Positions 11,165 through 19,384 of a DNA stretch of 34,317 nucleotides are shown here, piece after piece. The DNA comes from a virus (Duplodnaviria; Caudoviricetes): IMG/VR virus record IMGVR_UViG_3300037423_001837, positions 1-34,317 of that record; one strand, given 5' to 3'. The stretch's first letter is position 1; each line of letters opens with the position of its first letter. The notes beneath the pieces are model-generated. The model saw only the letters and a list, made by a program, of their open reading frames with translations, did no database searches and had not been told where the DNA came from. Both the position numbers and the translations under genes were made by a program.

Positions 11165-12870
11165 TGCCCGAGTATCCGCTGCAATGCGCTGGTCCCTTCA
11201 GGATCGACGCGGGTTTGCGAGAGGAGCTGCGCGGCCTTGGCTCCGCTCTCCATCGCCGGGGCGGTTTCAGCGAGCTGCTTCGTCGCCTGTTGCTGCTGCA
11301 TCTGCTTCTTCAGCTCGGCGACCATTTCATCCGAGCGGATGATGCGCGGGCTGGTGCCGAGCCCGGCCGCATATTCGTCGATCGCCTGCTCGGCATCGAA
11401 CTTCAACGTGCTGTCGGGGAACAGCCCGGCGACGAACCCGACAAACCGTGCGGCGCGTTCGATCGCGGTGTTCTCCGCGGCCTTCTGCGCAAGGGAGAGG
11501 ATCGACTTGAACTCGATGCGCAAGGGTTTGTCTTCGAGATCGGGCGGGATCGGCGGGAGCTGACCCAAATTCTTGAGGATGGTGTAAGCCCGGTCGATGT
11601 CGCCCTCGAGCTTCTCGATGTTCACCCGGTCGACCACCGGCCCCAGCTGCGTCAACTTTTCCTCGTTGCGATAGAGCAATTCCTGCTCGTTGCGCGGCTG
11701 CACGCCCTCCATCTGGCTGATCGCCATGAACAGGTCGGCATAGAATAATTCATTGACGCGCCGGTCGAGCGCTTCCTTGTCCTGGCGGATGAACTCGATG
11801 GTGCGCGGATCGGTCTGGAGGATCGGCTTGACGCTATCGCCGCTCATTGCGTCGATATAGTTGATCGTGCCGGGATCGAGGCTGAGATAGGAGCGCGCAA
11901 GCCCGGCCGGCGCGGCGAGCGCGGGCTTGACGAGATTATCCATCGCCCGGCCCTTGCGGCGCGAAGCAAGCTGCAGCTCGCGCATGTCGGGCAGCGCATC
12001 GAAGCCGGGGCTGGTCTCGCAATAGACCTGATCGCCGACCGTCTCCCACCGCGGCGCGGTGAAGGGCTGGCTGTCATAGCCCTTCTCGGCAAGCAGGATG
12101 CGCTTGTCGTTCTGCCCGATCTCCCACTTGATCGAGCGCCATTCCTTGTTGACGTTCGGGCTGAGCTTTTTGCCCTTCGCATCGCGGTTGCGCTCGATGA
12201 CGTGAACGCATGGGACAATCACATTGTAATTGCCCTGCGTGTACGCCGTCTTGACCTGATTGCTGACCTTGCTCCAGTCCCCGCCGACGCTGGCGACGAC
12301 CTGCTCGACGGTGGGCCTGGTGAAGCGCACCAGGCGATTGGCGCGAAGCCCTTCGTCGAGACTGATGAAATAAGAGCCCACCGGCAGGTGGTGCCACACC
12401 GCCATGTACTCGGGGTGCTCGAGCCCGACGACCACGCCCAGCCCCATCGTGCCGAGATCGCCGTACTGCATCTTGGTCATGTCGTAATAGTTGGTACGGG
12501 CGAAGAGCGTCTGGATTTGATGCGTGACCGTCTCCAGCCATTCCTTGGCCGGCTGGTAGTCGGCAAGCTCGGGGTCCATCCCGCCGACCGACAGCCCGAA
12601 CCACGGCCGGCTGGCGCTGGTCAATCCCGTCGCCATGCCGTTGATGAGCCGCCGCGCGGCGATGCGCCCGCCCGTGTCGTGGCTGGCGAGGTTCGCCCGG
12701 CGCCTGGATGAGCGGGCGGCGTTGTTGCGGGCGGTGTCGAGGATATCGACGCGATTGGGCAGGCACAGACGGCTGATCTCGGCCCAATCCCCCTCGAACG
12801 GCTGGCGATCGGCCTGCATCCCGACGATCTGCTTTTCGAGGTACTCCCTCGTCGAGAGGGCTGCGGCCAT
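11161..12870 (-). CDS. Portal protein (head-to-tail connector)
   Basis: GLTSASRPWF, PRWETVGDQVY, FYADLF and RNEEKLTQLGPVV motifs of podoviral portals; start set at ATG 12870. Confidence 0.93.
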   Translation of the reverse strand: MAAALSTREYLEKQIVGMQADRQPFEGDWAEISRLCLPNRVDILDTARNNAARSSRRRANLASHDTGGRIAARRLINGMATGLTSASRPWFGLSVGGMDPELADYQPAKEWLETVTHQIQTLFARTNYYDMTKMQYGDLGTMGLGVVVGLEHPEYMAVWHHLPVGSYFISLDEGLRANRLVRFTRPTVEQVVASVGGDWSKVSNQVKTAYTQGNYNVIVPCVHVIERNRDAKGKKLSPNVNKEWRSIKWEIGQNDKRILLAEKGYDSQPFTAPRWETVGDQVYCETSPGFDALPDMRELQLASRRKGRAMDNLVKPALAAPAGLARSYLSLDPGTINYIDAMSGDSVKPILQTDPRTIEFIRQDKEALDRRVNELFYADLFMAISQMEGVQPRNEQELLYRNEEKLTQLGPVVDRVNIEKLEGDIDRAYTILKNLGQLPPIPPDLEDKPLRIEFKSILSLAQKAAENTAIERAARFVGFVAGLFPDSTLKFDAEQAIDEYAAGLGTSPRIIRSDEMVAELKKQMQQQQATKQLAETAPAMESGAKAAQLLSQTRVDPEGTSALQRILGQ

Positions 12871-12871
12871 C

Positions 12872-13078
12872 CTAGCTGCCCGTAACGCCGAGCGGTGCGG
12901 TCGTCGAGGGCGAGCCAAGCGTTCCGCCCTTGCCGGTGAGGATCATCGCGCTGGTGGTGAGCCGGCGCTGCCCCTTCAATCCGGCAATGACGCTCGGATC
13001 GCCGTTATCGGGAAAGATCACCGGCTGGCGCACCGGGATCGGCTGCGGGGTGGGAGCCTTCGGCGCGCCGACGCACAT
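12872..13078 (-). CDS. Small virion protein (T7 gp7.3-like)
   Basis: 68 aa. MCVGAPKAPTPQP N-terminus and Gly/Thr tail; directly upstream of the portal. Confidence 0.65.
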   Translation of the reverse strand: MCVGAPKAPTPQPIPVRQPVIFPDNGDPSVIAGLKGQRRLTTSAMILTGKGGTLGSPSTTAPLGVTGS

Positions 13079-13080
13079 GG

Positions 13081-13422
13081 TTAGTTCTTCCTCGGAATGA
13101 CGATCTTGGGCTCATCGAACCCGATCAGGCGCGGCCGTTTGTCCTCGTCATCGCCGAACATGGCATCGGCGACGGTCTCGATGGCGTTCTTGTGCTCGAT
13201 CATCTTCTCGCGAATGTCGAGGATCGACGTGCCCTGCTGCACCAAGCTGTTGAAAAAATAATTGATGAGCTTGTGCAGGCCGCGAATATGCTCGGCCATC
13301 GCCTCGATGCTCGCCGTGGCGTCGTAATAATCGAGGTTGGGGTCGAGCGGCGTCTGCAGCAGCCGGGCGAACTCCTCCTTGTCCATCGGCACCGGGCGGT
13401 CGGTGGTCTTTTCCTTGTCCAT
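13081..13422 (-). CDS. Hypothetical protein
   Basis: 113 aa from MDKEKTTDRP; AAGGA RBS; coiled-coil-like. The longer track ORF overlaps the next real gene. Confidence 0.6.
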   Translation of the reverse strand: MDKEKTTDRPVPMDKEEFARLLQTPLDPNLDYYDATASIEAMAEHIRGLHKLINYFFNSLVQQGTSILDIREKMIEHKNAIETVADAMFGDDEDKRPRLIGFDEPKIVIPRKN

Positions 13423-13433
13423 TGGGCTGTTCC

Positions 13434-13571
13434 TTAGACGAAGAGGATCGCGGCGGTGAGGAGCGCAAGCCCCAGTGCCACGAGGTTGATCGTGCCGAAG
13501 CGCGCATTGGCGGCGGCGGCGATGAACACGACGAGGGCGAGAATGGCGAAAATGAGGTGCAAGGTAATCAT
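13434..13571 (-). CDS. 45-aa two-TM membrane protein (holin-like candidate)
   Basis: Hand-translated MITLHLIFAILALVVFIAAAANARFGTINLVALGLALLTAAILFV; ATGA-coupled to the terL stop. Confidence 0.7.
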   Translation of the reverse strand: MITLHLIFAILALVVFIAAAANARFGTINLVALGLALLTAAILFV

Positions 13572-15247
13572 TGCTCAAGCTCCTGCAGACGCCGCTGCTC
13601 ATAGGTTAGCATGTTCCCCTTGGGCGCGTCCAGATAAGCCCCGATCGTGACCTGCCGCTTGGGTGTGTCGATGTTAGCGAGCATCGCCGCATCGCCGCGG
13701 TCGGGGCTTCGGCCGAGCCGCTTGATGATCTCGTTCTTGGGCTCGATGAGGATGCCCTGCTGCGTCAGACTCCACTTGGCCGCCGTCAGGTCGCCGAGCA
13801 ATTGCGGATCGGGCGGCAGGGCGATCGGCTCAGGCTGCAGCGGATCGAGCGCCTCGCGCATCCGCCAGTGCAGCTCGGCCCTCTTGTTGGCAAAGCGGAG
13901 CAGGCCGGATGCGTCCGTGCCGGCACCCTTAACCGCGCCATTGACGGCGATCACATAGATGCCGTTGACCTTGAGAAAATCATAAGGAGAGGTGCCGACG
14001 CCGACGACATCGAGGTGCACCGGCGCCTCATCCCTGCGCGCGGCGAGGATCAGCGCAGCGGCCTTGCTGCCGTCATTGATATCGATCCCCTTGTGAACGC
14101 TCTGTTCGGCAAAGAAGCTGCCGTGCCGCGGGCTGATAACCAGCTCGTCGCTCCCGGCCGCAACTTCCGCACCGCCCATGTTCCCGCCGCGCGCGACGTC
14201 TACGCCGAGACTGTCCTGCGGCGGAAGAGGCGCTGCACCGGCCTTGATAAGCGCGCTGCGCTCGCGCCAGCGATTTTGGGCTTCGAGAACCCAGCGCGTG
14301 GGGATCACCTGGCGCGCATCATCCTCGATCCCGGCGAAGAAGTCACCGTTCATCATCTGGCTCCTGAGGGGCTCGGGAAGGCTTTGGAGTTTCTGCAGAT
14401 AATTGGTCTGCATGTAATAGGGATTATCCGTCACCTTGGCGTGAATGAACGTCCGGCTCTCAGGCGTGATGACCTGCTCGGGGCTGTAATCGCGGGGATT
14501 GAACCGATAAAAAGGCACTTCCCTGCCGCCGACACGCCGGATGATGAACGGCTGCGGCCCCGCCACTTCATAATCGCGGTTGTCGCCCACGGTGGCGAAC
14601 CAGCGCAGCTCGCCGTCCCTGGCGGGGTTGGGGTGGCTTGGATCGAGCCACGGAGCGAAATAGCGGATCACCCAGCGCCCTTCGGCAGTGGTCGGCGGGT
14701 TGAAGGCGAGGACGGCTCTGACACGCTGCGCGGGATCGTCCGTGCGGTTCCAGGTGAGGGTGTAGCGGATATCCTCCTCGCGCATCTGCGTCACTTCGTC
14801 ATAGCCGGCTAAATCGTAATCGTCGCCCTGCTGCTTCTCCTCGTCGCCGGGATTATCCAGCCCGAAGAACTTCACGAAGCGCTCTACTTTGTCGGGCGTC
14901 GTGAACGCGAAGCTCGAGGTGGAGCTGTTGTAGCCGTCCCTGCCGCCGAGCATCTTGGCAAGCTCGAGCACGAACTTCTGCGTCTGGTTCTTCTGCGGCC
15001 GGACGATCTTGGAGCGCTTGTGATGCGCGACGCAAAGGCCGGTGATGAGATAGGACTTCCCGCCTCCCGCAGCGCCGCCGTAGCCGATGATCTGCGCAGG
15101 CGAGTTGACCACTTCCAATTGCTTGGGCGTGGGAATGAACAGCTGCTTCGCGGCCTGGTCCTGGAGAAGCTCCTGGAGTTCCGCGAATTCTTCGGGCGTG
15201 AGGTTCTGCCTGATCTCGCTCAGGGTTGAAGGGATTTGCAGGGTCAT
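13568..15247 (-). CDS. terL: Terminase large subunit
   Basis: 559 aa. Walker A GYGGAAGGGKS, Walker B YDEVTQ, coupling motif FNPP, nuclease motifs GVDVARGG and SPDRGDA. Confidence 0.95.
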   Translation of the reverse strand: MTLQIPSTLSEIRQNLTPEEFAELQELLQDQAAKQLFIPTPKQLEVVNSPAQIIGYGGAAGGGKSYLITGLCVAHHKRSKIVRPQKNQTQKFVLELAKMLGGRDGYNSSTSSFAFTTPDKVERFVKFFGLDNPGDEEKQQGDDYDLAGYDEVTQMREEDIRYTLTWNRTDDPAQRVRAVLAFNPPTTAEGRWVIRYFAPWLDPSHPNPARDGELRWFATVGDNRDYEVAGPQPFIIRRVGGREVPFYRFNPRDYSPEQVITPESRTFIHAKVTDNPYYMQTNYLQKLQSLPEPLRSQMMNGDFFAGIEDDARQVIPTRWVLEAQNRWRERSALIKAGAAPLPPQDSLGVDVARGGNMGGAEVAAGSDELVISPRHGSFFAEQSVHKGIDINDGSKAAALILAARRDEAPVHLDVVGVGTSPYDFLKVNGIYVIAVNGAVKGAGTDASGLLRFANKRAELHWRMREALDPLQPEPIALPPDPQLLGDLTAAKWSLTQQGILIEPKNEIIKRLGRSPDRGDAAMLANIDTPKRQVTIGAYLDAPKGNMLTYEQRRLQELEQ

Positions 15248-15427
15248 CTAGCGCAGGATCAATGCAATCGTACTGCCGATGGTGACGACAAGGCCGATGA
15301 GGGCCGCGATACCGCCTTTTCGCCCATAGCTTTCGCCCACTGCCGGGGCGTCGGACATGCCGCCCGCGAAAGCGACGAACACACCGCCGAGCATCAGCAA
15401 TATTCCGCAAATCAGGATGAGCCACAT
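15248..15427 (-). CDS. 59-aa two-TM membrane protein
   Basis: Hand-translated MWLILICGILLMLGGVFVAFAGGMSDAPAVGESYGRKGGIAALIGLVVTIGSTIALILR; AAGGAG RBS; stop abuts the terL ATG. Confidence 0.7.
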   Translation of the reverse strand: MWLILICGILLMLGGVFVAFAGGMSDAPAVGESYGRKGGIAALIGLVVTIGSTIALILR

Positions 15428-15556
15428 TGCTTAACTCCTTTAAGGATCAGCCTTTCGCGGAATGCGGAAATTTTTGCGGAAAACAAGGTCCCCCGCACTG
15501 AGCGAACCCGCACCCACTCCCCGAACCGCTCTTCGCCACACGAAACATGCCACCCC

Positions 15557-16099
15557 TCACTTCATCACATCGTCGATCGACAACGGCGTGACGTCGATCG
15601 CCTTGGGCTGGCCCAGCGCCGCGGCGCGCTCCGCGGCGAGCACAAGCAAAGCCTGGATGCGGTTGTCGTTCTGCTGCACGGGCGCCGGCAGTGCCTTGCC
15701 GCCTGAGGTGATGTCGGTGCGGTTCATTGCGAAGCGCTCAGGGAGCATCATCTTCGCGAAGCGTTCGCGTGCCTCGATTTGCAGCTGAGCGCGCCTCACG
15801 CATGGCCCGTTGATCTTGGCAACGGGCTTGTTGCGCACCTTGTCTATGTACACCTCGATATCATCCGATGCGCTGTCCGCGATATCGAGAGTTTCTTCAA
15901 GTAAAGCAGTGATTTGCACTTCTCGCGCGCAGGCATAGCGATCTGCAAGAGTAGCGTCTTTCGCAACCCATGCGAGGAAAGCGGCCATCGATGGCGCTGC
16001 CTTATCGCGCTTGCAAATATCTGTAAGCGAACGCTTTTTCTCAAGTTCGCGAAGAACATGATCGATGCGCGCTTGCTTCTCAATGTCGCTCATCAACAT
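15557..16099 (-). CDS. terS: Terminase small subunit
   Basis: 180 aa. SLTDICK...PSMAAFLAWV...YACARE...LDIAD...RAQLQIEAR...PERF pattern of Sf6-like TerS; upstream of terL. Confidence 0.88.
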   Translation of the reverse strand: MLMSDIEKQARIDHVLRELEKKRSLTDICKRDKAAPSMAAFLAWVAKDATLADRYACAREVQITALLEETLDIADSASDDIEVYIDKVRNKPVAKINGPCVRRAQLQIEARERFAKMMLPERFAMNRTDITSGGKALPAPVQQNDNRIQALLVLAAERAAALGQPKAIDVTPLSIDDVMK

Positions 16100-16114
16100 G
16101 CGGTTAAGTACCGC

Positions 16115-16360
16115 TCAGCACATGACGTCTTCAATCCTTAAAGCTCCGCGCGTACATGTGACGCGCGACAAGCAGGGCTGAAAGTTGCGCTCAACGCTGA
16201 ACCTCTTGCCTAGCTGAGCACCGCGGACATAGGCCATGTTGCGAAGCTTCTCCGGGTCACGATCGCTGTGCGCTACTGTGAAGCAATCCCCTTCCTCCAT
16301 CTGATGAAACGGCCAAATCCAGCGCCCCGCAATGGGCTCGAGCTGCCCCCAGTCCTTCAT
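16115..16360 (-). CDS. Small putative DNA-binding protein (WPFxxMxxGD family), paralog 3
   Basis: 81 aa; GRWIWPFHQMEEGDCFTV. Confidence 0.7.
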   Translation of the reverse strand: MKDWGQLEPIAGRWIWPFHQMEEGDCFTVAHSDRDPEKLRNMAYVRGAQLGKRFSVERNFQPCLSRVTCTRGALRIEDVMC

Positions 16361-16599
16361 TTCATCAAATCCTCGACTTGGGGCAGGCGATGAATGCGCG
16401 CCAGGCCATTGCCGACTTCTTCGACTTTCAGCACCATGCCTAGGCGCTTTCCTCGCATTTGCGCATGGCGTTCGATCGCGCCGAGCCCGCCACGTTTACC
16501 GATTTTCACAATCATGAAGTCATCGGGATCAAGCCCGCAAATCGCAGCCGAATAGCGTCGGCCATACTCTCCTATGTGCCTCCCGCGAGGATAGTTCAT
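16357..16599 (-). CDS. Small putative DNA-binding protein, diverged paralog 2
   Basis: 80 aa; GRRYSAAICGLDPDDFMIV...RGKRLGMVLKV aligns with its neighbours; ATGA-coupled. Confidence 0.65.
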   Translation of the reverse strand: MNYPRGRHIGEYGRRYSAAICGLDPDDFMIVKIGKRGGLGAIERHAQMRGKRLGMVLKVEEVGNGLARIHRLPQVEDLMK

Positions 16600-17135
16600 T
16601 TCATCACCTCGTCGATTGTCGGAATTTCATCGGGCCAAGCCTCCGGCGTTGTGTGAAGAGGCAAGCACACTCCTGTAAATCCGTGCTTCTCGAATATCAT
16701 CCCGACATCGCGATGCTTCTCGCCGGCGTTGAATACCGCGCGCTTGATCGGTGGCTCCTTGATTTGCTCGGCCTCGAAAAAGAACTTCCCTTTCCGATAC
16801 ACCTCAAACATCGGCAACTCATCGCCGTTGACGCCATACCACGAATTGAGCCGTGCTCGAGCTTCACCCCAATCCTTGAGCCTTACGCAATCCGGTTTCT
16901 CCACCTCTTCATGCGAGCGCCGAGTGACACGCGTAAAGCCTGGATGCTCTTCGTCGTTCACCGTCACACTCAGCAAAATGCCGAGCTGTGCCGCGCGTAC
17001 CGTTGTGTAATGCCTTATCTCCTCGCCACTGCGCAAAAGTTGGTCGACGATGAAATAGTCGCCCGGCTGCATTAGCTTGAACGGCCAATGCCACCTACCG
17101 TATATCGGCGTGATTGGTCCGATGAACCTGCCCAT
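16596..17135 (-). CDS. Putative DNA-binding protein (WPFxxMxxGD family), paralog 1 with C-terminal extension
   Basis: 179 aa; GRWHWPFKLMQPGDYFIV...VRAAQLGILLSV. First gene of the leftward operon. Confidence 0.7.
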   Translation of the reverse strand: MGRFIGPITPIYGRWHWPFKLMQPGDYFIVDQLLRSGEEIRHYTTVRAAQLGILLSVTVNDEEHPGFTRVTRRSHEEVEKPDCVRLKDWGEARARLNSWYGVNGDELPMFEVYRKGKFFFEAEQIKEPPIKRAVFNAGEKHRDVGMIFEKHGFTGVCLPLHTTPEAWPDEIPTIDEVMK

Positions 17136-17310
17136 TTGCCTTCCCTTCTTCCGTTGCCTCGCGCACGGGCGCGCGGACTTACTAGAGAAATATACCCTAC
17201 CCCTACTATTTATAGTGAGACTAGGGGGAAATCCTCAAGCGATCATACGTGTCACGAGGATGGAGGATACTTAAACGCGACGAGCGGAGCGCTGACAGCG
17301 ACGAACCGAG

Positions 17311-17340
17311 TTGACACGCTATGAACCGATCGGTTACAAG
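17311..17340 (+). promoter_or_regulatory. Sigma70-like early promoter with a palindromic operator
   Basis: TTGACA at 17311, weak -10 (TTACAA/TACAAG) 17-18 nt later; perfect palindrome AACCGATCGGTT at 17324-17335. Confidence 0.6.
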
Positions 17341-17379
17341 CTCTGCGTCAACCCGAAGAGCCCTAGAGGAGATACTTAA

Positions 17380-17571
17380 ATGCGCACCGAAACCCAATTC
17401 CGCGACATGTCAGACCGTCAACGCACTGCTTGGATTAAGTGGTGCTTTCGCCACGATTGGTGCGTCACTGCCGGCCAAAACGGCTGTCGCGAGTTCTTCG
17501 TTGAGACCACAGACGGCGAAGAAGTGAAGTTCACAACCCCTCGCGAGCTTCGCGATTGGGCGGGTTACTGA
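17380..17571 (+). CDS. Hypothetical early protein
   Basis: 63 aa; GAGGAG RBS; ends ELRDWAGY. Confidence 0.7.
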   Translation: MRTETQFRDMSDRQRTAWIKWCFRHDWCVTAGQNGCREFFVETTDGEEVKFTTPRELRDWAGY

Positions 17572-17614
17572 TCCGACCTGAGCGGCGCTCAACCCGCCGC
17601 TCTAGCCGCATCAG
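17568..17614. repeat. Intergenic hairpin element, copy 1
   Basis: CTGATCCGACCT-GAGCGGCG-loop-CGCCGCTC-TAGCCGCATCAG; flanks shared with 18827-18880. Confidence 0.8.
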
Positions 17615-17645
17615 CGGACAACGAAGAGCCGAAAAGGAGAATGAA

Positions 17646-18041
17646 ATGCCTGAAGAGAACCACGCAATCAGCAACGCTAAGGACTGGCTCGAAGAAATCA
17701 CAACGCTTGTTGTAAAGCTTCATGACGATGGTCTGACAGACGAGCAACGCGAACAAGTGCGCGACGAAATCCAAGAAGGCCCCCTTTCGGTTATGGTGCG
17801 CGACGGTTGGCGCTCGCCGGGCGGGATCGTCGACAGCGACAACAGCGCTGAAGAATATGAAATCCTTCTAAGCACTGGTGGACCGGCGCTTCGCATATTC
17901 GGCAAGCTGGATCGCGGCGAGCCGGATGAATGGCCGCGGCTGCAGTGGCAGGATTGGGGAATACCTTGGACGGACTATCCGCTCGGAGAAGAGCGGGAAG
18001 CAGTACAGAGCTACGCACAGCAATTCTATTTCGGAGATTGA
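17646..18041 (+). CDS. Conserved phage early hypothetical protein
   Basis: 131 aa; EYEILLSTGGPALRI...LQWQDWG motif; AAGGAG RBS. Confidence 0.75.
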   Translation: MPEENHAISNAKDWLEEITTLVVKLHDDGLTDEQREQVRDEIQEGPLSVMVRDGWRSPGGIVDSDNSAEEYEILLSTGGPALRIFGKLDRGEPDEWPRLQWQDWGIPWTDYPLGEEREAVQSYAQQFYFGD

Positions 18042-18136
18042 CCGCAACCCCTCCGCGCGGAGCAAACCAAAATCCGCGCGGACAAGATGCGGCCATGTCG
18101 GCACCATCCACGAAGAGCCCAAGAGGAGAAATACAG

Positions 18137-18361
18137 ATGCGAAAGTGGAACTACTACAACGGCGCGGCTTACACCGACTTCACAACCGGCAAGTCGGTAT
18201 ATGAGCCCATGACCGCCGCTTACTGTGCGGACTGCGCACCTGAGCATCTACCGGGCTGGAACGCTTCAGCGCCAAGAGGGCGCGAGCACTGGCAATCCGA
18301 ATTCAAATGCGCGCCTTGGCTTATCGGCCGGCCGTGCTTCCATTGTGGGAAGGACATCTAA
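18137..18361 (+). CDS. Small Zn-binding early protein
   Basis: 74 aa; CADC...CFHC; GAGGAG RBS. Confidence 0.7.
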   Translation: MRKWNYYNGAAYTDFTTGKSVYEPMTAAYCADCAPEHLPGWNASAPRGREHWQSEFKCAPWLIGRPCFHCGKDI

Positions 18362-18449
18362 TGATCCGCCGTTTCCTGTCCCTTTTCCGTTGCGCGGCGC
18401 CTCTCAGCGCCGCGCAATGGGTCCACCATTATTTCGGAGGTTTCGAGCA

Positions 18450-18830
18450 ATGACCCGCAAAGACTACATCGCCATCGCCGGCGCGATCCGCACCACTCAG
18501 GAGCGCATTCGCGGCACTCAAGGGCTGCATGGCGTCACCGAAAGCCACATTCCTCAACAGCTCCGCGGCGTGCGTCGCGCGGCCGCGCACCTCGCCTACG
18601 CATTGGCACAGGATAATCCGCGGTTCAATCCCGCGCGGTTCCTGAGAGAATGCGGCTATGGTGCGCCTATTAAGCCCAAATTCGAAGAGTGCGGCTGTTG
18701 CGGGCATCGGCATCGCCCTGAGTATCGCGGCGACTGCCGCAACGACGCAGAGCGCTTCTCAGATATGCAACTGGATGAGCTTTACGGCGCTGATGGATGG
18801 GAGCCCGTAGATTTGGAAGAGATCAGCTGA
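18450..18830 (+). CDS. Early hypothetical protein, apparent two-module fusion
   Basis: 126 aa; MTRKDYIAIA...DNPRFNPARF module plus ECGCCGHRH...GDCRNDAERF module; GGAGG RBS. Confidence 0.75.
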   Translation: MTRKDYIAIAGAIRTTQERIRGTQGLHGVTESHIPQQLRGVRRAAAHLAYALAQDNPRFNPARFLRECGYGAPIKPKFEECGCCGHRHRPEYRGDCRNDAERFSDMQLDELYGADGWEPVDLEEIS

Positions 18831-18880
18831 GCCGACCTGAGCCGTGCGCAGCGCCAGGCGCACGGCTCTAGCCGCTTCAG
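18827..18880. repeat. Intergenic hairpin element, copy 2
   Basis: CTGAGCCGACCT-GAGCCGTGCGC-loop-GCGCACGGCTC-TAGCCGCTTCAG. Confidence 0.8.
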
Positions 18881-18894
18881 TGAAAGGAAGAGCA

Positions 18895-19260
18895 ATGTAC
18901 GAAGAAGCCTTATTCCTTCCCGATCCCTTCTGCCCGCTGTGCCGCAATCCGGTGCGCCAGGTGGCGCCGCGGCTGTGGGATTGCACGAGCCGGCACTGCA
19001 ATTCGCAGTTCTACGCCGGCGAGGATCGGCAAATCGCCGTTCGCGATCGCATCCCCGCCACGAACCATGGCGATTTCGGTCTGCGCCGGCCGACCTCACC
19101 AGGGGAGCAGGAAAGGCGCGCGAACCGCATCGCCGCCCTCATCTTCGCCCTCCTCGCCGCGGTGTGCTTCGGCTCGAGCTTCGGCTTCAACCAGCCAGTG
19201 CTGGCCCTGGCGGCGTTTATCTTTCTCACTACCGCAGTGATCGTTGCCAAGGAGACTTGA
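18895..19260 (+). CDS. Zn-ribbon plus two-TM membrane protein
   Basis: 121 aa; CPLC...CTSRHC, then two hydrophobic helices; GAAAGGAAG RBS. Confidence 0.7.
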   Translation: MYEEALFLPDPFCPLCRNPVRQVAPRLWDCTSRHCNSQFYAGEDRQIAVRDRIPATNHGDFGLRRPTSPGEQERRANRIAALIFALLAAVCFGSSFGFNQPVLALAAFIFLTTAVIVAKET

Positions 19261-19287
19261 CCTCCAACGAGGCTCGCGCTCCTCGCC

Positions 19288-19317
19288 AAACGCCCCGAGC
19301 ACCCCTCGGGGCGTTTT
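19288..19317 (+). terminator. Rho-independent terminator
   Basis: AAACGCCCCGAG-short loop-CTCGGGGCGTTTT, followed by GCATTTT. Confidence 0.75.
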
Positions 19318-19330
19318 GCATTTTGGGCTA

Positions 19331-19360
19331 TTGATCGCCATTAACCGATATGTTACAGCG
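19331..19360 (+). promoter_or_regulatory. Putative promoter with an AAC-N6-GTT operator
   Basis: TTGATC GCCATT AACCGATATGTT ACA; same geometry as 17311; lies just after a terminator. Confidence 0.5.
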
Positions 19361-19384
19361 ATGCTCGAAAGGAAGGGTCTGACA

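Noticed and set aside
17568-18880. CRISPR array, hammerhead ribozyme or true attC sites
   Set aside because: Only two copies, separated by whole genes; no CUGAUGA/GAAA core; no RYYYAAC/GTTRRRY boxes and no integrase.
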